Both the position numbers and the translations under genes were made by a program. From contig JBFLGF010000121.1 of NCBI GenBank assembly GCA_050230475.1, positions 46,816 to 66,815 on the forward strand: a stretch of DNA of 20,000 bases, written 5' to 3'. Positions 19,897-20,000 of the stretch are shown in pieces (positions within the stretch are counted from its first letter, which is position 1; every line of letters starts with the position of its first letter). This stretch comes from Ancylonema sp. Lineage: Eukaryota. The notes beneath the pieces were generated by a model. That model made no database searches and had not been told where the DNA came from. It saw only the letters and a program-made list of their open reading frames with translations.

Positions 19897-20000
19897 CTGC
19901 AGGGCAGAAAGGGCTCAGTACACAGGCTCAGTATAGGTTTTAAGAGCAGACCTTATAAGCACCTGAGGACTGTAACGCAAATATGATTCTAGATCCCTTA

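Noticed and set aside
16950..19943. Plus-strand Pro-rich ORFs of 150-270 aa
   Set aside because: Low-complexity shadows of the G-rich minus-strand gene. Splice signals and protein-like content favour the minus strand.

Overview
Eukaryotic nuclear DNA, most likely from a green alga or early-diverging streptophyte. This is inferred from a phytepsin with a plant-specific insert and GC-rich exons split by short, G-rich spliceosomal introns. In order, the window holds: (1) the last six exons of a phytepsin-type aspartic proteinase (+, <1-1695); (2) a full-length but inactivated Ty1/copia LTR retrotransposon (2106-8699) with GAAGC target-site duplication, TG...TA termini, a half-tRNA(iMet)-type primer binding site, a three-zinc-knuckle Gag hidden by frameshifts and a long, self-complementary 3' region; (3) an AT-rich stretch with a cluster of nested non-autonomous DNA transposons, including a clean hAT MITE (10833-11283) and a pogo/Tc1-type element (11309-12275); (4) a complete 8-exon ESF1 pre-rRNA processing gene (12631-16096) whose first intron appears to be GC-AG; (5) a small TA-flanked MITE (16603-16837); and (6) a convergent multi-exon minus-strand gene of unknown function with a C4 zinc ribbon and telomere-like G-tract arrays in its introns. 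I found no clearly new multi-gene system. The copia element's atypical cis features and the orphan zinc-ribbon gene are the best leads.
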